DNA from: Macrostomum lignano
Lineage: Eukaryota
Direction of reading: 5' to 3'
Assembly: GCA_002269645.1 (NCBI GenBank)
Contig: NIVC01003751.1
Coordinates: 14,929 to 78,928 of the forward strand
DNA: 64,000 bases
Shown: piece by piece, positions 63,794-64,000 of the stretch
How positions within the stretch are numbered: the first letter of the stretch is position 1
Layout of the letters: the number at the start of each line of letters is the position of its first letter
Made by a program: the position numbers and the translations under genes
The notes under the pieces: generated by a model
Seen by the model: only the letters and a program-made list of their open reading frames with translations
What the model was told of the DNA's origin: nothing
Database searches by the model: none

Positions 63794-64000
63794 TTGCGCC
63801 AAGTATTAACTATATCGCTTCAATTAATTGTCTTACAAACACATTTTTATAGCCTTTCTTGAGTCGCAACAAAGCATCATATACATTGTGCTAGTCTTGC
63901 TTTCATACTGTTTTAGCCTGCTTTCACTCAGTCAGCGGGGGCGGTCTTCCAGCGGTCTCCATTGCTGTAGGTTTCTGCATTCATTTATTTATTTAGTCAA

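Overview
Eukaryotic (invertebrate animal) genomic DNA: spliced GT-AG genes whose introns are packed with locus-specific minisatellites. The overall style resembles a flatworm such as Macrostomum, but that is inference only. Host genes: two 5' exons of a KCNQ (Kv7) potassium channel on the minus strand (exits the window at the left); a 3-exon Shisa-like single-pass membrane protein with an unusual Arg/Ser/Tyr-rich, prion/Shadoo-like N-terminus (29.2-36.4 kb); two further small single-pass membrane protein genes (39.8-41.2 kb +, 44.7-45.0 kb -); and an essentially complete 8-exon protein kinase N (PKN) gene (54.9-63.8 kb +). Mobile DNA: a full-length, very young 10.2-kb Ty3/Gypsy LTR retrotransposon (16661-26825, -) with near-identical LTRs, ATAG TSD, tRNA-Leu PBS, PPT, GGGAAAC -1 frameshift site, a ~300-aa repetitive RNaseH-integrase linker and an extra non-Env ORF; a dead hAT transposase split by a 2.1-kb CCC...GGG non-autonomous DNA transposon carrying a 61-bp satellite; tRNA/CORE-type SINEs; LINE and Gypsy relics; MITEs; and more than 15 tandem arrays, including a telomere-like G4-competent 25-mer and a perfect 14-mer. 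No CRISPR array, rRNA or true tRNA gene was seen.
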